Below, in pieces: positions 50,483 through 64,000 of a stretch of DNA of 64,000 nt. The translations under genes and the position numbers were made by a program. The notes beneath the pieces are model-generated. The model saw only the letters and a list, made by a program, of their open reading frames with translations. It searched no databases and was not told where the DNA came from. Source of the DNA: Takakia lepidozioides (taxonomy: Eukaryota; Plantae; Bryophyta). Positions within the stretch are counted from its first letter, which is position 1, and each line of letters starts with the position of its first letter. The stretch is taken from assembly GCA_030704615.1 (NCBI GenBank), contig CM060733.1, forward strand, positions 7,254,001 to 7,318,000, read 5' to 3'.

Positions 50483-53474
50483 AATTCACAGTTCTTAGCC
50501 GCAATCTCATTGTAGACTACCACCCCCTACCTTCTGCCTCTAGGACTAGCCGCATACCTACATAAGGCACCCCATCTCAGGGAATTGTTAGCCAGAGAAC
50601 TTGGAAAGTCTCTCAGAGCCCCAAGTCTTCTTGCGGTCTTGGATGTCTCTTTGGCCTTGTGGACATAGTATGTGTGGCTTCCTTCATTGCGTGTGGTTGC
50701 AAACATGTGTTACGTTACTGCAACAATTCTAGCTCCCATTGTATTAAAGATCCGTCCCCATACCACATGAGCAGCCCTTGATTCACCTTCCAAGAGTGGG
50801 GTTATGATGACTGCCTCCTAATAAGCAGATAAATGGAAACACTCCTTTCATTCATTTGTTCTGGTGCTTGATAAATGGTTTCTTCAACTTCCTTTGTGCG
50901 AGATCAAATTGCATTCACACTCTAAAAGTACATACCTTGTGGATATTTCCTGCAGAGTGTTTAATTCTGTTCCATTGTCTTTCCAAGACTGCAGTAGCCT
51001 TTATGGGTTGAGAGGCAGTGTAACATGCACTGGCCAGCACCACTTGATCAGTACTGTAGCCTGTTCACTTTTGACATAGACTGATTCATGTCATGTGGTT
51101 CCAGACCAGAAACATTATCCTGAGTTTCCACCAAAGAAGAAGTGGGTGGCAACCAACTGTTCCATAACTTGGGAGGACCACTTATACTTTCCGTAAAGCA
51201 CTCCTGGTTCTTTTCCGGTGGTGATCCTCAAGCAGAACATTACTGAGGGTTCCTTACGCTGCTGAAGGCCCTGGCCAGGCTGGCGAGGTTCCTTACGCAG
51301 GTTGTAAGGTACGCCCTCTTCAAAACTATTACATGTGGCAGCATGTGCTTTATGCTGGGCAGCCCCGAGTGGAGGGCGTTCCTGATTTGAGGGCCCCAAG
51401 CCTAGTGCACTACAGTGTTAACTGGCTTTCCTAGTTTGATGACAGAAGCTTTCAGCTTTGGACTGCTAGGCCAAGCTGATTACCTTGCATGATAGTAAGG
51501 GGAAAAAGCCATTAAGGCTAGTCAATGATGCACACTCCTAAACCCGTTACTCAGTGAATAATTCAAACACAGTCTCGCAAATCTATCATTATGACTCTTT
51601 AACAAAAAGTATTGCACCTTTTTCTCCACCCATTATTTTCAAACCTGGGGGATCCAAAACTGTGTGCCGCGCTAAAAGACGCATATTACGTCAACTCTAA
51701 ACTAGCGTTGCAGCTTGCAGTTGAAGTTCCCAGTCAAAAGGAGCTACAATGTGAAAGCTGAAATGAAGCTCGACTGGGAAGCTGATTCTGGTTGTACTAG
51801 GAGTGAGATGCCCTGACCAAACTTGAGAACTTAGATTTAATCGTTCAACAAATCCCGGGGTGGGCCTTCTTCAATCTGCACAATTTGGCACCACAACTGC
51901 AGTCACTACACTCAATCCCTGCAGGGTCTTTTCAGGGGGGCATTCTGTCCCTAGTTTCCATAGATGAAATGAATGAAACCTCATCAAGTCGATGTCCGAC
52001 GAAGGCTTTTGAAACTACAGTGCTGCTTGATCTGGTGAAGTCCACAAAGTTTTGAATGGACATATCATGTTTACGAACAGATTCGCCAAGCATTGTCGAA
52101 GGAGACTGTGCCCAGTCAGACAAAGCATAACAAGGGTGGACTATGTGGTGAACAGAAGAATGGACCACTATGACATGGAATGGTAGTCCCACTTACATTT
52201 AGTTGTGCCTCCACAGGTCTCGAGATTTCTAGGATAAAGAGGGGCTTCCAAGGAGGGTAATAATGGGTGTAATCAAAGTTGAGAAGAGGAAGTACCATGG
52301 TCCATGATAAGCACGTGGTGAAGGTCGATGATTGTGGAGATAATGATTGTGGAGATACGGTTGGCAATGGTGACGACTGTCATGTTGTGGCACTCTTTTA
52401 GTAGCGCTGTTGTGTGTGGGTCCACATTTGCTGTGCATTCATTGAAGCACAGGATCTGAAAGGACTCACGTCTTCATAATTCTCCTCTCAGCTACTTGCA
52501 ATTTCATGATTTATAGAAGACCAGTAGAGCAACCAAACTGTTTGATTCTCTTGGGCTCCCTTATGTCTTTTAGGAATTCTAATACAGATCCTTCAAGGTC
52601 ATGATCATCCCTAGAGTGAGAGGATAAAGTCTGAGAACACTAATGTGTCCAATTTTGAGCGCTGATATAATAGCATGACAAAGTTGGAGGATGCAACTTA
52701 CTCTTGCTTAACTGTTAGCATTTTGTGTTTCTTTTGGCGGGAGGGGGAAGAGTGCACCCTCACTTACCTCATTGAATCTCACGTAGGGAAAGTAAAATAT
52801 AGAGCCATGAGGCTTTAGAGGGCCATCACCCACTCGAAAAGGACAGAAAGGGGGATTCAGAAAGACCGCAAATCCATAAAAGCAATTAGAGCTGAAAACA
52901 AAGGGCAGCAAAGGGGTAACACAGGAGAAAGATTGATTAATGAGAAGAAAAAGGTGCACAGACAGCTGCCATAATCATGTACAAACATTTGACAAGAGGG
53001 AGGCCAGAAGGGACCTCAAGAATAACATGAACAAACCCAAACATTAACCACCCTAAGGCCCTCAGACAGGTCACCAAAGGCACTTGATCTTGGCTTTGCA
53101 AGAGGGGCTTGCTTGGAAGGGCTCCTGTTGACATCCTGTCAAAGTCAGGGGAGGGGGTTGTGTATCATGGTCGTAGTAATAATCCTCAAGTATCAGCAAA
53201 GATATTTCTAGCAAATTATTATTTGAAGATGCAGAGGTCTGCATTATTATCTGCCCTTGGCACATTTGAAGTAGAGCTTATGTCTCTGGGTATCGAGTTT
53301 CTGCAGTTGGCACTGAAAGAGTCTTGACAAGCTTGTGAGCACATTCCTATCTTTTTGGTGTGGATGTCGATGTGATTTGTTTACCAAACTTGCCACCCTG
53401 AGGAAAAGTAGGAGAGGGAGGGATGTGGGAGTACATGCACCCAGCAATTCGCGTACAATCAATAGACGCCCCGT

Positions 53475-56400
53475 CTAGTTATTGTTGCTGGAATTCCCAC
53501 TGCCAGAGCTCTGCAGCTGAGCCAAGTTGAAGGACGATGCAGGGGAGCCCCCACCATTTGAGCTGTTGTCACTCTCTCCTAGCAGTTGGCCATTGCTGCA
53601 ATTGCTGTATATCGCAGACCGCAAGCGGGCTTGACGCTTTCCTCTGTCCTGTTCAAGCACCAGATCATGCCACATCTGGTTGCGGAGGTCCTTCTCAAGC
53701 TTTCCATTGTAGAGGTCCAGCACTGACCCTGCATCAACGTTGAGTGCTACCAGATGACGCACGCCTGGGAATGTGTCACAGTCGATAAGCAGCTTGCTGC
53801 GTGGCCCATCCTTTACCCCTATCAACTGCACCCAGGCAAAAGACAAATAAATGTCCAAGCAGAACGAAGGATGACCTCTTCTTTTGCTAGTGGAGGGCAA
53901 CTTTCAAAGGTCCACACCTGCCTCTCGAAAGAAGACAAATGGGTCACAACAATGCAATGTATGTTTTCATGTTCAAATTTAGAGCTATGCCTAAACATTA
54001 AGTGGTGGCAATTGATTCCCTGCAAATACCCCTGGATTAGAGATCCGAAAAGGGAGGCTGAATCTGATTTAACCTTTTGGTGTGTACAGGTCAGCTCTGA
54101 TTAAGATAGATTCTGATTGAGGATCTCCTGTTCTTGGGGCCAACTGAAGCCCACTGGTGGATGTCTCCTCACCCCTGAGGGAATCCTGTGACAGTACTGC
54201 ATGGGAGCATTTACAAACATGCCAAACAGAGTGTTAGCAAAACCCAGATTCCATGGGGGCAGGACTGGTCTCCAATACCTCAGCAGGGCCATACAATCGG
54301 CTCGTGGAATAGATCTTGGCATGGTCCACCACCTCAATGTATTTGTCCAGCGACTTTGCAAACAACTTATGAGACCGCAGCTGCCCTTTAATTGGCACCC
54401 CCCTCTTTGTCAATATTGCCCTCCTGGAAAACCAGCCACAAGAAGCTTCATAACACAAAACACTCCAGTACAGCTGAATGTGCTAGCAGGATACCCCTCA
54501 AACTCTCTACTCAAACTCTTCATGTTCTGCCAAATTCACAAAAGTGCTGTCCACCTCAAATGTAGGTATCTTTCACCCCACTTCCGCATAACATGAAACT
54601 GCAGCTGGCATGCAAGCAGGCCTATATCTGGGAGCATATCAGGTCAAATGAGCTCAGACATTTGACCAACAAGCTGTAACTAACTCAGGAAAAACAAAAA
54701 CGCAAATGACAATTGAATGCTGTCACCTCATGCCCCGCACCACTGTCAGATGTGCATCACAAGTGACACCGACAAATTCTATTCGATAAGGTTTCTTCCC
54801 AACATTCTCACTTCGCCCAGCTTCTGAAACCTGCCCGTTGATCTTCTTTTCACTCAAGGTCTCACCATTCAGTGTGTCAACTGAACCATTCTCTTGATTT
54901 GTGCCATTGCAATCATCGGGCACAGGTTCCCAGTATTTCTCAACAACCACCCCATCCTCTCCTTCATGATATCCAGGGCCCATGCGATACCGTCTGCCAA
55001 GTGTTTCTCATTGCAATTATTGTCCAGCTTGACATTTCTATTCTGTTCCAGTAAAACCTGACTTTTCAAGATCAATAAAACATCCATCAAGGAACAGTAG
55101 AACTGTGACAGAGTCTATGAGAGATGTAGTCATAAGATGTTTACCGTAGCCTTGTGGCAATAGACCCCACGCCCAGTTTGGGCAGAACAGGGTAGTGGGT
55201 GCGGCACCAGGACTTCCTGGGAGGTCACCCATCCCAGGACTATTCCGGCCCAAAGGCGCTTGACTTCAGAGATCTGATAGGGTGTGGTGCATTGCTATGA
55301 CCGCACCACGAGTCTATGGGAAACGAAATGGTGCGTTATAACGTCCATGGGAAGCTCAAAGAGCTTATGGGACAACAGGAAAGAAAGAACCGTGAGAGAG
55401 AGAGAGAGTTTGTAGCCATTGAGCAATGCCAAACTTGCAACCCTACTTTTGACTGGGCGGAAATGGAAACATTACTCATTAGACTGCTTGCTGGAGCATT
55501 GTGGTCATTTGAAAAACTACCTGCGGTGGATGTCACGAGCCATGGCAATGGTTTGAAGAAAAAATGGCTCCCATGACATGGTTCCATCAAAGATGACATC
55601 ACGTCCTTCATTCAATGCTGACACCAGCAGTGACGATGCAGCATTTGTTGAGAACTGGTGCACCTACATTTCCCAAAGTCATCCCCTCCACTCGGATTAA
55701 TTGTATTTGTGGTTAGACAGTAACATAACCCTCCCATCGGTTGCTCTCACTGGTTATGGACCAGAATCTATCGGTTCTGGTTTATCAGTAACACAAAGAG
55801 ATGTTAGAGACCAATGGCATGATAAACTTGCGAATTTCTAGATAGTGTGGTGAACATTAGATACTAACTCGTTTTGGCTTAGGGGATTTTGAAAGCTGGC
55901 ACTACATCAGGGCCCCCATGTGATGACAGTATTACAGTCTCCAGTGGAAACCCAAAATCTGTGTAGGATTGAATTGAAAGACTTTGATACAACATGGTCT
56001 CAACCAGTTCCATCAGCTCATAGATTGGCAACTCACAAACTGAGCAGTCCCTGCCATGTCATCTTGGCCCATTGAGCTGAGTGCACGGTAGATGACATCT
56101 GTCTCCTTGAATGCATCCGCCTCTACCACCACTGCATTGTGTGCTGCTCCTGACCAGAATGAGCTGCAGCCCGGCAATCATACAACTCATAGTAAAAAAA
56201 TGAGCAGCGGGCTTCCAATAATTATGAAACATGTCTACCACTTGCTACATATTTTGTTGTTCCATGTGCCATTAACTAGATTGACAGATAGAGGTGAGGC
56301 CTTGCTAGAAGACCATCAGACCCGCTCTAACTTACCTGAGACGGCCTCTTACAGCAAGAGCATACGCACCCACAGGCCAGAAACCTCATTGCATATATGA

Positions 56401-59400
56401 ATATCTGATTATCCATCTAGAGAAGATGAATGTCAACTACTGAACACGTAAATTGGGCCATAATTTTGGCACAGATGAGAATCTTGAAGTCAGAAGTATA
56501 TACCCTTTGAGAATTTCATTGACAACAGTGCTCTTGCCAGCACCCATGCCGCCACCAATGAGAAGCAACACAGGGCTTCGCACAGATGAATCTGCAACCA
56601 CCATCACCTGGCCCTTATCTGGGACTGATATATTTGGAGAGCCTAGGGCCTTCAGCTGCTCCACCAGCGTTAGAAACGCACGCTTTGTACTCAGACATCT
56701 CAACAGCTCCTGGTATTGCTCCTTTCGGCTTTCCACTTTATGCTTTCTGAGCCACCATATGCCAGAAAAACCAAAGGGAGATGGTTAGTGGACTCACACT
56801 TACTGTCCATCACAATGCACACCTCTTTCTACCACAACTCATAATCTCTGCTGTGCTTGATGATGAACATCCCACAGAAAAGTTCATTCGATGGCCTTTG
56901 GTGAAGAGCAACAGCAGGCATGGTCAAAGAAGTGACATTTGTGAAGCCTAATTTCTTGTTATGGACACAGAACAAATGGGGTTCATGTCAAACCATGGGA
57001 CCCACCCAGCTACCGACAAGAAACCAGACCAGGTTTCCGGTTCAATGATGCAGAAAACATGACCGGTGTTTGGCAACATCACTACCAACGAAGAGGATCA
57101 GCTTAAAACACTTGCTGCTTGTTGTAGGCACAGAAAAATATGGAGTATGTTCCACAAGATGGGCAAAATCAATTCCTTCATGTGGCCTATGTCAGGAGTT
57201 TGCAAGCTTTGTCCTACTCACCAACTGAAGACAGCTACTTCATCACTATATTTTTTGGACTCTTGACAATTTAAATCTGGCAATGGAAGTATCGAGATAA
57301 CTCCATACTTACAATCAAAGGTAGCCAAAAAAGAAGTACTGAGAATATCTGATATAACGTTAGAGGGATCATGAGTCCAACAACTGCGCAAAGGTGCACA
57401 ATCTTGGTTGGACTTCAGAAATTTCAAACACATCCCTTTCACAGATTGCACCCTAACCTGGGTGACAAAGGGGTGACAGACTTACTCACACACCTGGTAG
57501 CAGACAAGACAGCTCTGCGCAATTTGCTCTGCATCCCGCCCCCAGTGCTGACTACCTGTATTCACTGCCACAACTCAGTGCCTACCATGGAAGTCCTCTA
57601 ATGTATACATTACAGTGATCAATTCTCGAAGCTTTGTGTACAGGAATGACCAAAGAAGTGGCAAGAGGCCAATTTGGTGGGCCACCGACAACAGTCAAAT
57701 AATGGTTACTTCCTGCAGCAGTGCTCTGCATTGCAAAGCACTGAGTAAAAAGTTTTGAAGTCCTTGAATGGAAAAAAAAAAAAATTTGCAGCAAGCACTA
57801 ACCAAATTTTTGAAGCAGGACACACCAGTGTTAGTATAAAACCAATGCAAATGTGTTTGGAATTCCTTAGGCTCAAGCAGCTTGGAGGCCAGAATGTGCT
57901 TACCTGCTGGATGAGAGCTGAAGAATGCGCCCAATGAAAGCTGAAGTAGGCCAAAATGCATGCATCCAGCTCCTTCAATACCTCCTCGTTCATATGCTTG
58001 ATCTCTTTATCTGACTTTTGCTCAACCCCCCTGGATGCAAGTATGCATACATTTTCGCGGCTGCTGTCAGATGAGCTTTTATCACCCCGCAGATAGTCTT
58101 CTGCCACTTTGGCCAAGTTTTTGGCAGCAGGTGTGTCTGCATTGAGTCCGAGCTGCCGTACTGTTCTACACAAGATTCCATGCTTGGAAAAACTCATTAA
58201 AAGAGTAGAGATATGAAAAGCTTTGAAGGACATATTTTGTCTAATGCCTGTCTTCTTTATTTTGTAGATTGCACTCCCATAACATGAATCGGAGTTCCTC
58301 AGAGCATTAGTTCATTACATTGGCTCATAAACAGGTAAATTGTGAGGTGCAATAGGATGTCTAAAACTTCCCTTAAATGCTTCACAGCCAGGGCATCTCT
58401 CCTCTACTTTCAGTTTACTCTCGTCCAGCTTCCAGTGGAACTCATAAACTCTCTCTAGTATGTACTCTCTTGACTTCTCTCTCTAAACTAGTTTTTGCCT
58501 ATGTACCACTTCTCTTGCTTCATAATTTTTCTGTTGATAGAACCAATAAACAAAACCTTTGACTCCATGACACAGATCCCTGGACATTAGGGATATGGAT
58601 TTGATCGATTGAAGGACCTTCCTCATGGAATTGGAGAACTCATGTTCATTTCTACCATTTGGCAATCTGATTTCCTTTAAAGGCTTGAGTTGACGGCTCT
58701 CGAATGGCATGATATCTTTCCTCTCATGTCCATAGCTAATGCAGATCATATCTCAAGGAAGGAAGGCTCTATCAATGGATGTTTGTTGCAGAATGCATTG
58801 ACCTCTCCCTCAAGGAACACTCACCTAGAACACATGGCTCTCAATTTTTCCTTACTAGTTTCCCATACATTGATCTACTTGTTAGAAGTGCGATGTGATA
58901 CTTGCCATTTAGACTTTGCTCCGATCTCCTATGTCTCTCTTGGTGTACATCGATAACAACTAGGAGAAGCCAGTTTGCTCTGGCTCGGATCGAAACAGAA
59001 GGCTTCAAGTTTACCTTGTTAGCCACGAGTACTGCTGTCTAATGACTGAGTTATTCCAAACATTGTGACTGATGTTTGGATTTTCAGTACGAGTTTGGAA
59101 AGTCATGGAGGATGCTCTTTCAATATGCTGGTTAAACTCCAAGCTATGATGTCATCTGATTGATAGTATGTCTATCAGGTGCCTGACATCTAAAGGTCAT
59201 ACCTAAACTTCTCTGGCATTACGTCCCACCCACTCACCCACCTAGACAGAGGGAATAATAAGACTGTAAAGTACGATGGAGCCTTTTCTAGGCAGATGAT
59301 ATCATCAAATTTCTTGAAAACAGCAGTAATGAGTCACTATCTCTTCGGCCTGCCTACCTACCTCAGCACTAGACTGAAATTTTAAAAAGGGGTGGGGAGT

Positions 59401-60251
59401 CTACCTTCGAAATTTTCTGATACAGAGTCACGGGTATTCTCATAAGAGAGCGACCCTCTTCAGGACCATCAAGAACATAGTCCCTGCACCTCTGTTGACC
59501 AACTTTCAAAATCTCAAGGCTAGAGCCCTGACCCTGTTGGGGTCTGCTGGGCAGCACATACAGCAGATTGATGCTTGTGTGAAGGGCTTTCTAGAGGAAA
59601 TCTCAAAAGCCCGAACTAATGGAGTGAGCCAAAAGCAGTGTCTGTTCCCTCTTGCTCCGCCCAAACTGGGCACAGGGTCTATGGCCACAAGGCTACAACA
59701 ATCGTCTTAGAAGTACATCCTCTCAGCCTTTTTCACTTTTTTTCCCCTTGACTCGTGAGAAGTAAGGAATTCATTTCTTTCATTCTCTTTTGTCTTTCTG
59801 TTTTCTTACTTTGTCTCGGCCCTTGTGGACGGTTTGTCCTTCATTCTTTCTTATACCTTGGTTCCCCGTGCCTAAGGGCCAGGTCTATGGCCACTGGCTT
59901 CCTCAAGCAACATTTAATTCTCAGATCAGCATCCTGTTTGGTGTGTTAAATCCCCAAGACTGGTTCCTGGAGGACTAGTATAGTGAGGACATTATGTCCT
60001 CCAGGATAAGTCTTGGCCAGCATTTGCGGGGACAGCTATTCGTGCATCTCTCCTGTGCTGGCAAATAAGATAGACACACAGGGAGGCATACCAACATAAT
60101 CGCCAAAACGTTCAACCTTTTTTATGTCACCCCCCTTGGTAAACTGCACACGGGGAATCAGACGCTGGTCCTTGCGTTTCTGGTCAAGATGACGCAGCAA
60201 ATTGAGCGTCCCGATTACGGCCACTGCCACGCCAACCACCACTTTTGCCAT
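53475..60251 (-). CDS. Calmodulin/Ca2+-dependent NAD kinase-like P-loop protein (zeta-toxin fold, At1g04280/NADKc family)
   Basis: About 8 exons (60251-60092, 58160-57904, 57555-57494, 56746-56504, 56163-56037, ~55663-55521, ~54993-54727, ~53800-53475). Features an N-terminal membrane anchor, GGGMGAGKST, VVEADAFKETDVIY, NEGRDVIFDGTMSW and KPYRIEFVGV. Confidence 0.88.
55120..55309 (-). mobile_element. 5S rRNA-derived SINE (SINE3-like) in a NADK intron
   Basis: 5S-like head 55307-55197 (..AAGCGCCTTTGGGCCGGAATAGTCCTGGGATGGGTGACCTCCCAGGAAGTCC..), LINE-like tail 55196-55120, and direct repeats GAGTCTATG at 55111-55119 and 55310-55318. Confidence 0.85.
59280..59725 (+). mobile_element. LINE 3' fragment
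   Basis: Similar to 61400-61660; ends CCGCCCAAACTGGGCACAGGGTCTATGGCCACAAGGCTACA..AGTACATCCTCTC. Confidence 0.7.
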
Positions 60252-60795
60252 CCTCTCCTCCTCACGTGTCTGCTTCTTTGCTCTTTACTGGATTCTCCTG
60301 CATCATCAGATGATGTCTTAGGAAACACTTATCTTTGTGTGTGGCTTAGTTCCTGCAACTGTATGTGACTTTTAACCAACTTTCCGTGCAATAGGTCTAC
60401 TTTTGGTGCTTGCATTCCGGTATATCGTAGATCTCTCTTTTACGGCTGGAGGTACTTTGTGAGAGTTCTTCTAGACTTGCTGGGAAATCTGAACGACTTT
60501 GTTTTGACAGTGTGATCTACAGTAGTAAAATTAGAGTAGCTATATGGAATACCTCCACAGGACTGAGGATGAAAGTGATATGCAGCGAACAGTTTCACAG
60601 GATCTACCACGTCTGGATAAGGGTGAAGAAAAATGTAGAAAACGGGCATGGATCCAGTCTTTCCAAGGTGAATGCACCTTGGATTTGGCAATATCATACG
60701 TGGATCCAGAGAGGACGAGTGCCGTCCACAACTACACAGTTGGTAGGACACATCTAACTCCAACACCATAGAACTATCTCTCTCTCTCTCTCTCT

Positions 60796-61665
60796 GAGCC
60801 CTCCAACTGTAATTGGGAAGCACATATACGAAAAGTGATTCAATCTGGCAAGTGCAAAGCGTTGGGTCTCACTAAAAAATTTCCACTGCAGAGTGATCGA
60901 CTCTGAAGTAACTATGCTTTGCAGCATTATGAGGCCTACCTTGGAGTACACATCTGCTGGTTAATGGACTCTATATCTTGGAAGCAGGAGCGCCCTGTCA
61001 AACAGCCTAAGTCCTGGTGGAAGAGGATAGTCAAGGATCTGATCTAAGTCTGCAAGCCATGACCCTGCTAGATAAATCTGACTTAGAGGCCGAAGTTTCC
61101 AAGGCCATGTCTGTTGCCAGGAAATTGTCTGATGGAAATGAAGTTAGGCAGTCTGTGACATGGGTGAGGCTATCATGGATGACTTCAAGGATTTACCCAC
61201 TCTCGGCACTCTACTGAAATTCAAACTCAGGGCGGGTAGCCTACCTTTGAACAGCAAACAGACGCAGAGAGGAAAGGGGGATTGTAAATGCCCGTTGTGT
61301 GGACAACCTGAAGACAATCCACTTCCTGATTCATTGTCCTGGGTACTCCCACCAGAGAGACACCCTCTTCAATTCCATCAAGTGAATTGTTCCTGTACCT
61401 GTGTTTACCAACTTCGAAAATGACGTGGCTGAGCCAAAAGCTCAGGCCCTTTTGGGGTCTAGTTATTGGGTAAATCACACATAGCAGATTGATATTTGTG
61501 TGAAGGGATTTCTAGAGGATATCTGGAAAACTCGGATCAGTTGCATGTTTCAACGTAAGTGATACTATCGGCGTAAGCCCCTGACAAAGGGAGTTTCTTT
61601 CCCTTTGTGTTCCGCTCAAACTGGGCGCGAAGACAAGGCTTCTGAGTACATTCTCTCTCTCTCTC
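60796..61665 (+). mobile_element. 5'-truncated degenerate non-L1 LINE with (TC)n tail
   Basis: WEAHIRKV..SIMRPTLEY (RT thumb) and KFKLRAGSLPLN..CPLCGQPED (C-terminal Zn finger); (TC)n on both sides. Confidence 0.7.
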
Positions 61666-62619
61666 GCACAAGCAATTTGATCTCACGTTCAGAAGCTGAC
61701 ATCTGAATGTACAAGCTGAAGATAGGCGAAGGAAGTAACCGGAGATCGATGCGAGCTTGCTGTCTTGACAACGATTCGATGCGCGCACGTCTCTCAACAA
61801 ATTTCCCAGACTGTTAGGTCTCGGTTCTTTCGGTGGTGTGAAAATGTAGTGGAGCACAGCTCGAGACAGCAGAAGAGGAGAGAGACAACAGCAGACCCTG
61901 TCAAAGCCTCAAATCGTGTGCCTAGAAGTTTTCTATCAACTGGTCGTCACTCGTGACACTCTGCTCAGTAAAATCAAGAATGCAGGGAGGAAAGATTCGT
62001 AGAGAAGAGTATTTCACAGCAGATCCGGGTGTTTGGCACATGGACGACAGCAGCATTACCTCATCAATGCAGCGTACGTAGGTACCATCACAATCCACGC
62101 TCACAATTGAAATCTATCCAGGGAAAGCGAGCCCTTATTATTAAGCTACTCATGTATGCGATGTTTTACAAAGCATGTCTGCGATGCAAAGCGCTGCACT
62201 CTGTTTTGCTTTGTTACTTGCGGCGCCGGCCACGAAATACTCAGGCGGGCACCTCAGGCTTCTTCTTCTTCTTTTGTTAAGAAAAATATATATATACATT
62301 TATTGGCTCCTCCCATCCCTGGCAAAACAATGTCAACTCCCTCTTACACCTTCCCCACATAACACCTGCCCTGAATGAACCTCTCCTCAGATTACAACAG
62401 GGGTCCTGTAGTAAATTGCATATTCCATATTATTATTTAATGATTTTGATAGTAAATTAGATCTATTTTTCTTCACAATTTTAGAAGCCTCTCATTATAG
62501 GATAATAGCGATTTCAATGCGCCTCTGGCCCGCAAATACGGCCGATGGGGTGAGCTCATGAACCCACCCCCCTTTCACCGGGTCTAGATTCTGAATTTGT
62601 TCGAAGTCCTAGTTCTTTA

Positions 62620-62820
62620 AGGGCAGACCTTCTAGCGGACTGGCCAAACCCTCCAAGAGATTGACTCCAACTGGCGAGCAGACTGACCAACAGATTGGCG
62701 ATTGGTGAGCAGACTGGCGAGCGGACTCACCAGCAAACTGGCGATTGACGAGCGGACTGACCGGCGAGCAGACTGACCAACAGACTCCAACTGGCGAGCG
62801 CCTAACTCCAACCTTCAGAC
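62620..62820. repeat. Low-complexity short-period repeat
   Basis: Recurrent CTGGCGAGCAGACTGACC and GACTCCAA submotifs. Confidence 0.6.
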
Positions 62821-63716
62821 CCTCCTCAAACAAAATATATATTTATAATTAACACACATTACCGCCACAATATCACCTGCCAAGATTTGAACACCAGACC
62901 TCACGTTCATCACAAGTTGCTCTTTACCACCACACACCCGCTACTTTCTATAAACCCTTCAAATAATTAATTATTTATCTACATATTTCACGTGTTTTGT
63001 GGGCCCAACAGACCCGCTCCCCCTCTCGCTTCCCCCTATGCGCGCCCCGAGGCGGCTCACCCGAGTATGTACCCCGCGGGTAGGAGGCACCCCACCCGCC
63101 GAGACCCCCTCTCCCACATGCGGGGCCCCACCACAATCACACGTGCCCGCATTGAAATCACTATTATCAAACAATGAGAGGCATTTTAGAAGATCATACT
63201 TTTCTTTCTATTCATAAGTTCATCCCTAGGGCTGTAGGAGGATGAAGAAATTTGCAGCGCCATCTGATGCATCCAGGGCTAAGCCTGGTTAAAGGGTGCT
63301 GAAATTGCAAGCTTTCAATATGGGTGCAGAATTGTTTTGTTTCTCTTACAAGCTTGCCACGCACGCATCGTTACTCCGAAGGCACAATTGGGTCTTCCCA
63401 TGCCTCTATGGTACGAACCTCTTCTCATATCTTGCATACTTGGTTTTGATGCTTTCTAGTGACATGGTACAAGTTAGAACCACATTGTAACTCTGTCCTA
63501 GGTGAGTGTATTGTAACCCATGACATATTGTTTGATCAGAGGTTAATCCCTGGATATATCACGATGGCAATCACAGGTGTCCCAGATAGAACTATGTTCG
63601 TCACTTCCATGTTGATTGCAAGGGTGGGCGCCATTTTTGCTTGCGATGTCAGATTTGTACTCCGTAGCCACCTGGATAATAAACACTCTCAACTCTCTCA
63701 AGTTGAAAGAAGTACA

Positions 63717-63894
63717 AAAAACTTTTGTGTGAAATAATGAGAGCACCTGGTGTGGGGCTGTGCATTTTGTATCTTGAAAGTGTCACGCTTTTTCTTCCTA
63801 TCCTCTTGCGCTGTGGTTTCATTATGATAAGGTAGAGTTTACAAAATGCACAGCCCCACACCAGGTGCTCTCATTATTTCACACAAAAGTTTTT
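63717..63894. repeat. Perfect 55-bp inverted repeat with 68-bp spacer
   Basis: 63717-63771 is the exact reverse complement of 63840-63894. Confidence 0.95.
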
Positions 63895-64000
63895 GCCCAA
63901 GTTTTGAAATGGTGGTTTGTAGGTTTGGTCTGATGTTAACTTGGGGGTGTTGTGTTTGTGTAATGGAAGGCACACAGCGGCTCCTTTGGCTTGTCGGGCT

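Noticed and set aside
54140-54480. ORFs in the last NADK intron
   Set aside because: Short, with no motif I can identify; possibly a decayed retroelement.
55197-55307. Functional 5S rRNA gene or Cassandra TRIM
   Set aside because: Single intronic copy with a deletion in the 5' part, no oligo-T terminator, a LINE-like tail and a 9-bp TSD; no paired LTRs.
53475-60251. Bacterial zeta toxin or horizontally acquired toxin-antitoxin system
   Set aside because: Intron-rich, and matches the conserved plant NADKc family.

Overview
Eukaryotic nuclear DNA from a non-seed land plant, probably a bryophyte (inferred from a bryophyte-like 5S-derived sequence, short spliceosomal introns and several near-identical PLS-DYW PPR genes). 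Positions 1-25 kb are nested transposable elements. An outer CACTA (En/Spm) element has a disrupted TnpD on the - strand and a TnpA-like gene on the + strand that carries an FCP1/SCP-type HAD phosphatase domain. A 4.56-kb non-autonomous CACTA inserted into it carries PPR fragments. These are followed by an L1-like remnant, a 181-bp satellite, a partly inverted Ty3/gypsy pol with a dUTPase-like domain and a RING-E3 pseudogene. Positions 26-61 kb are gene-rich: three paralogous PLS-E-DYW RNA-editing PPR genes, an NHR2-like gene, an F-box pseudogene, a small putative plastid protein gene and a CaM-dependent NAD kinase (NADKc/zeta-toxin fold). The top finding is that all three DYW-PPR genes have 5' exons encoding, intact or eroding, the PDF ssDNA-binding motif of OSB proteins, which points to an OSB-PDF::PPR-DYW deaminase chimera. 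Second, a 190-bp 5S-rRNA-headed SINE has a 9-bp TSD and a 3' tail shared with a LINE found in the same window. Third, the CACTA element encodes a CTD-phosphatase-like domain. Exon models were read by eye and need RNA-seq confirmation.
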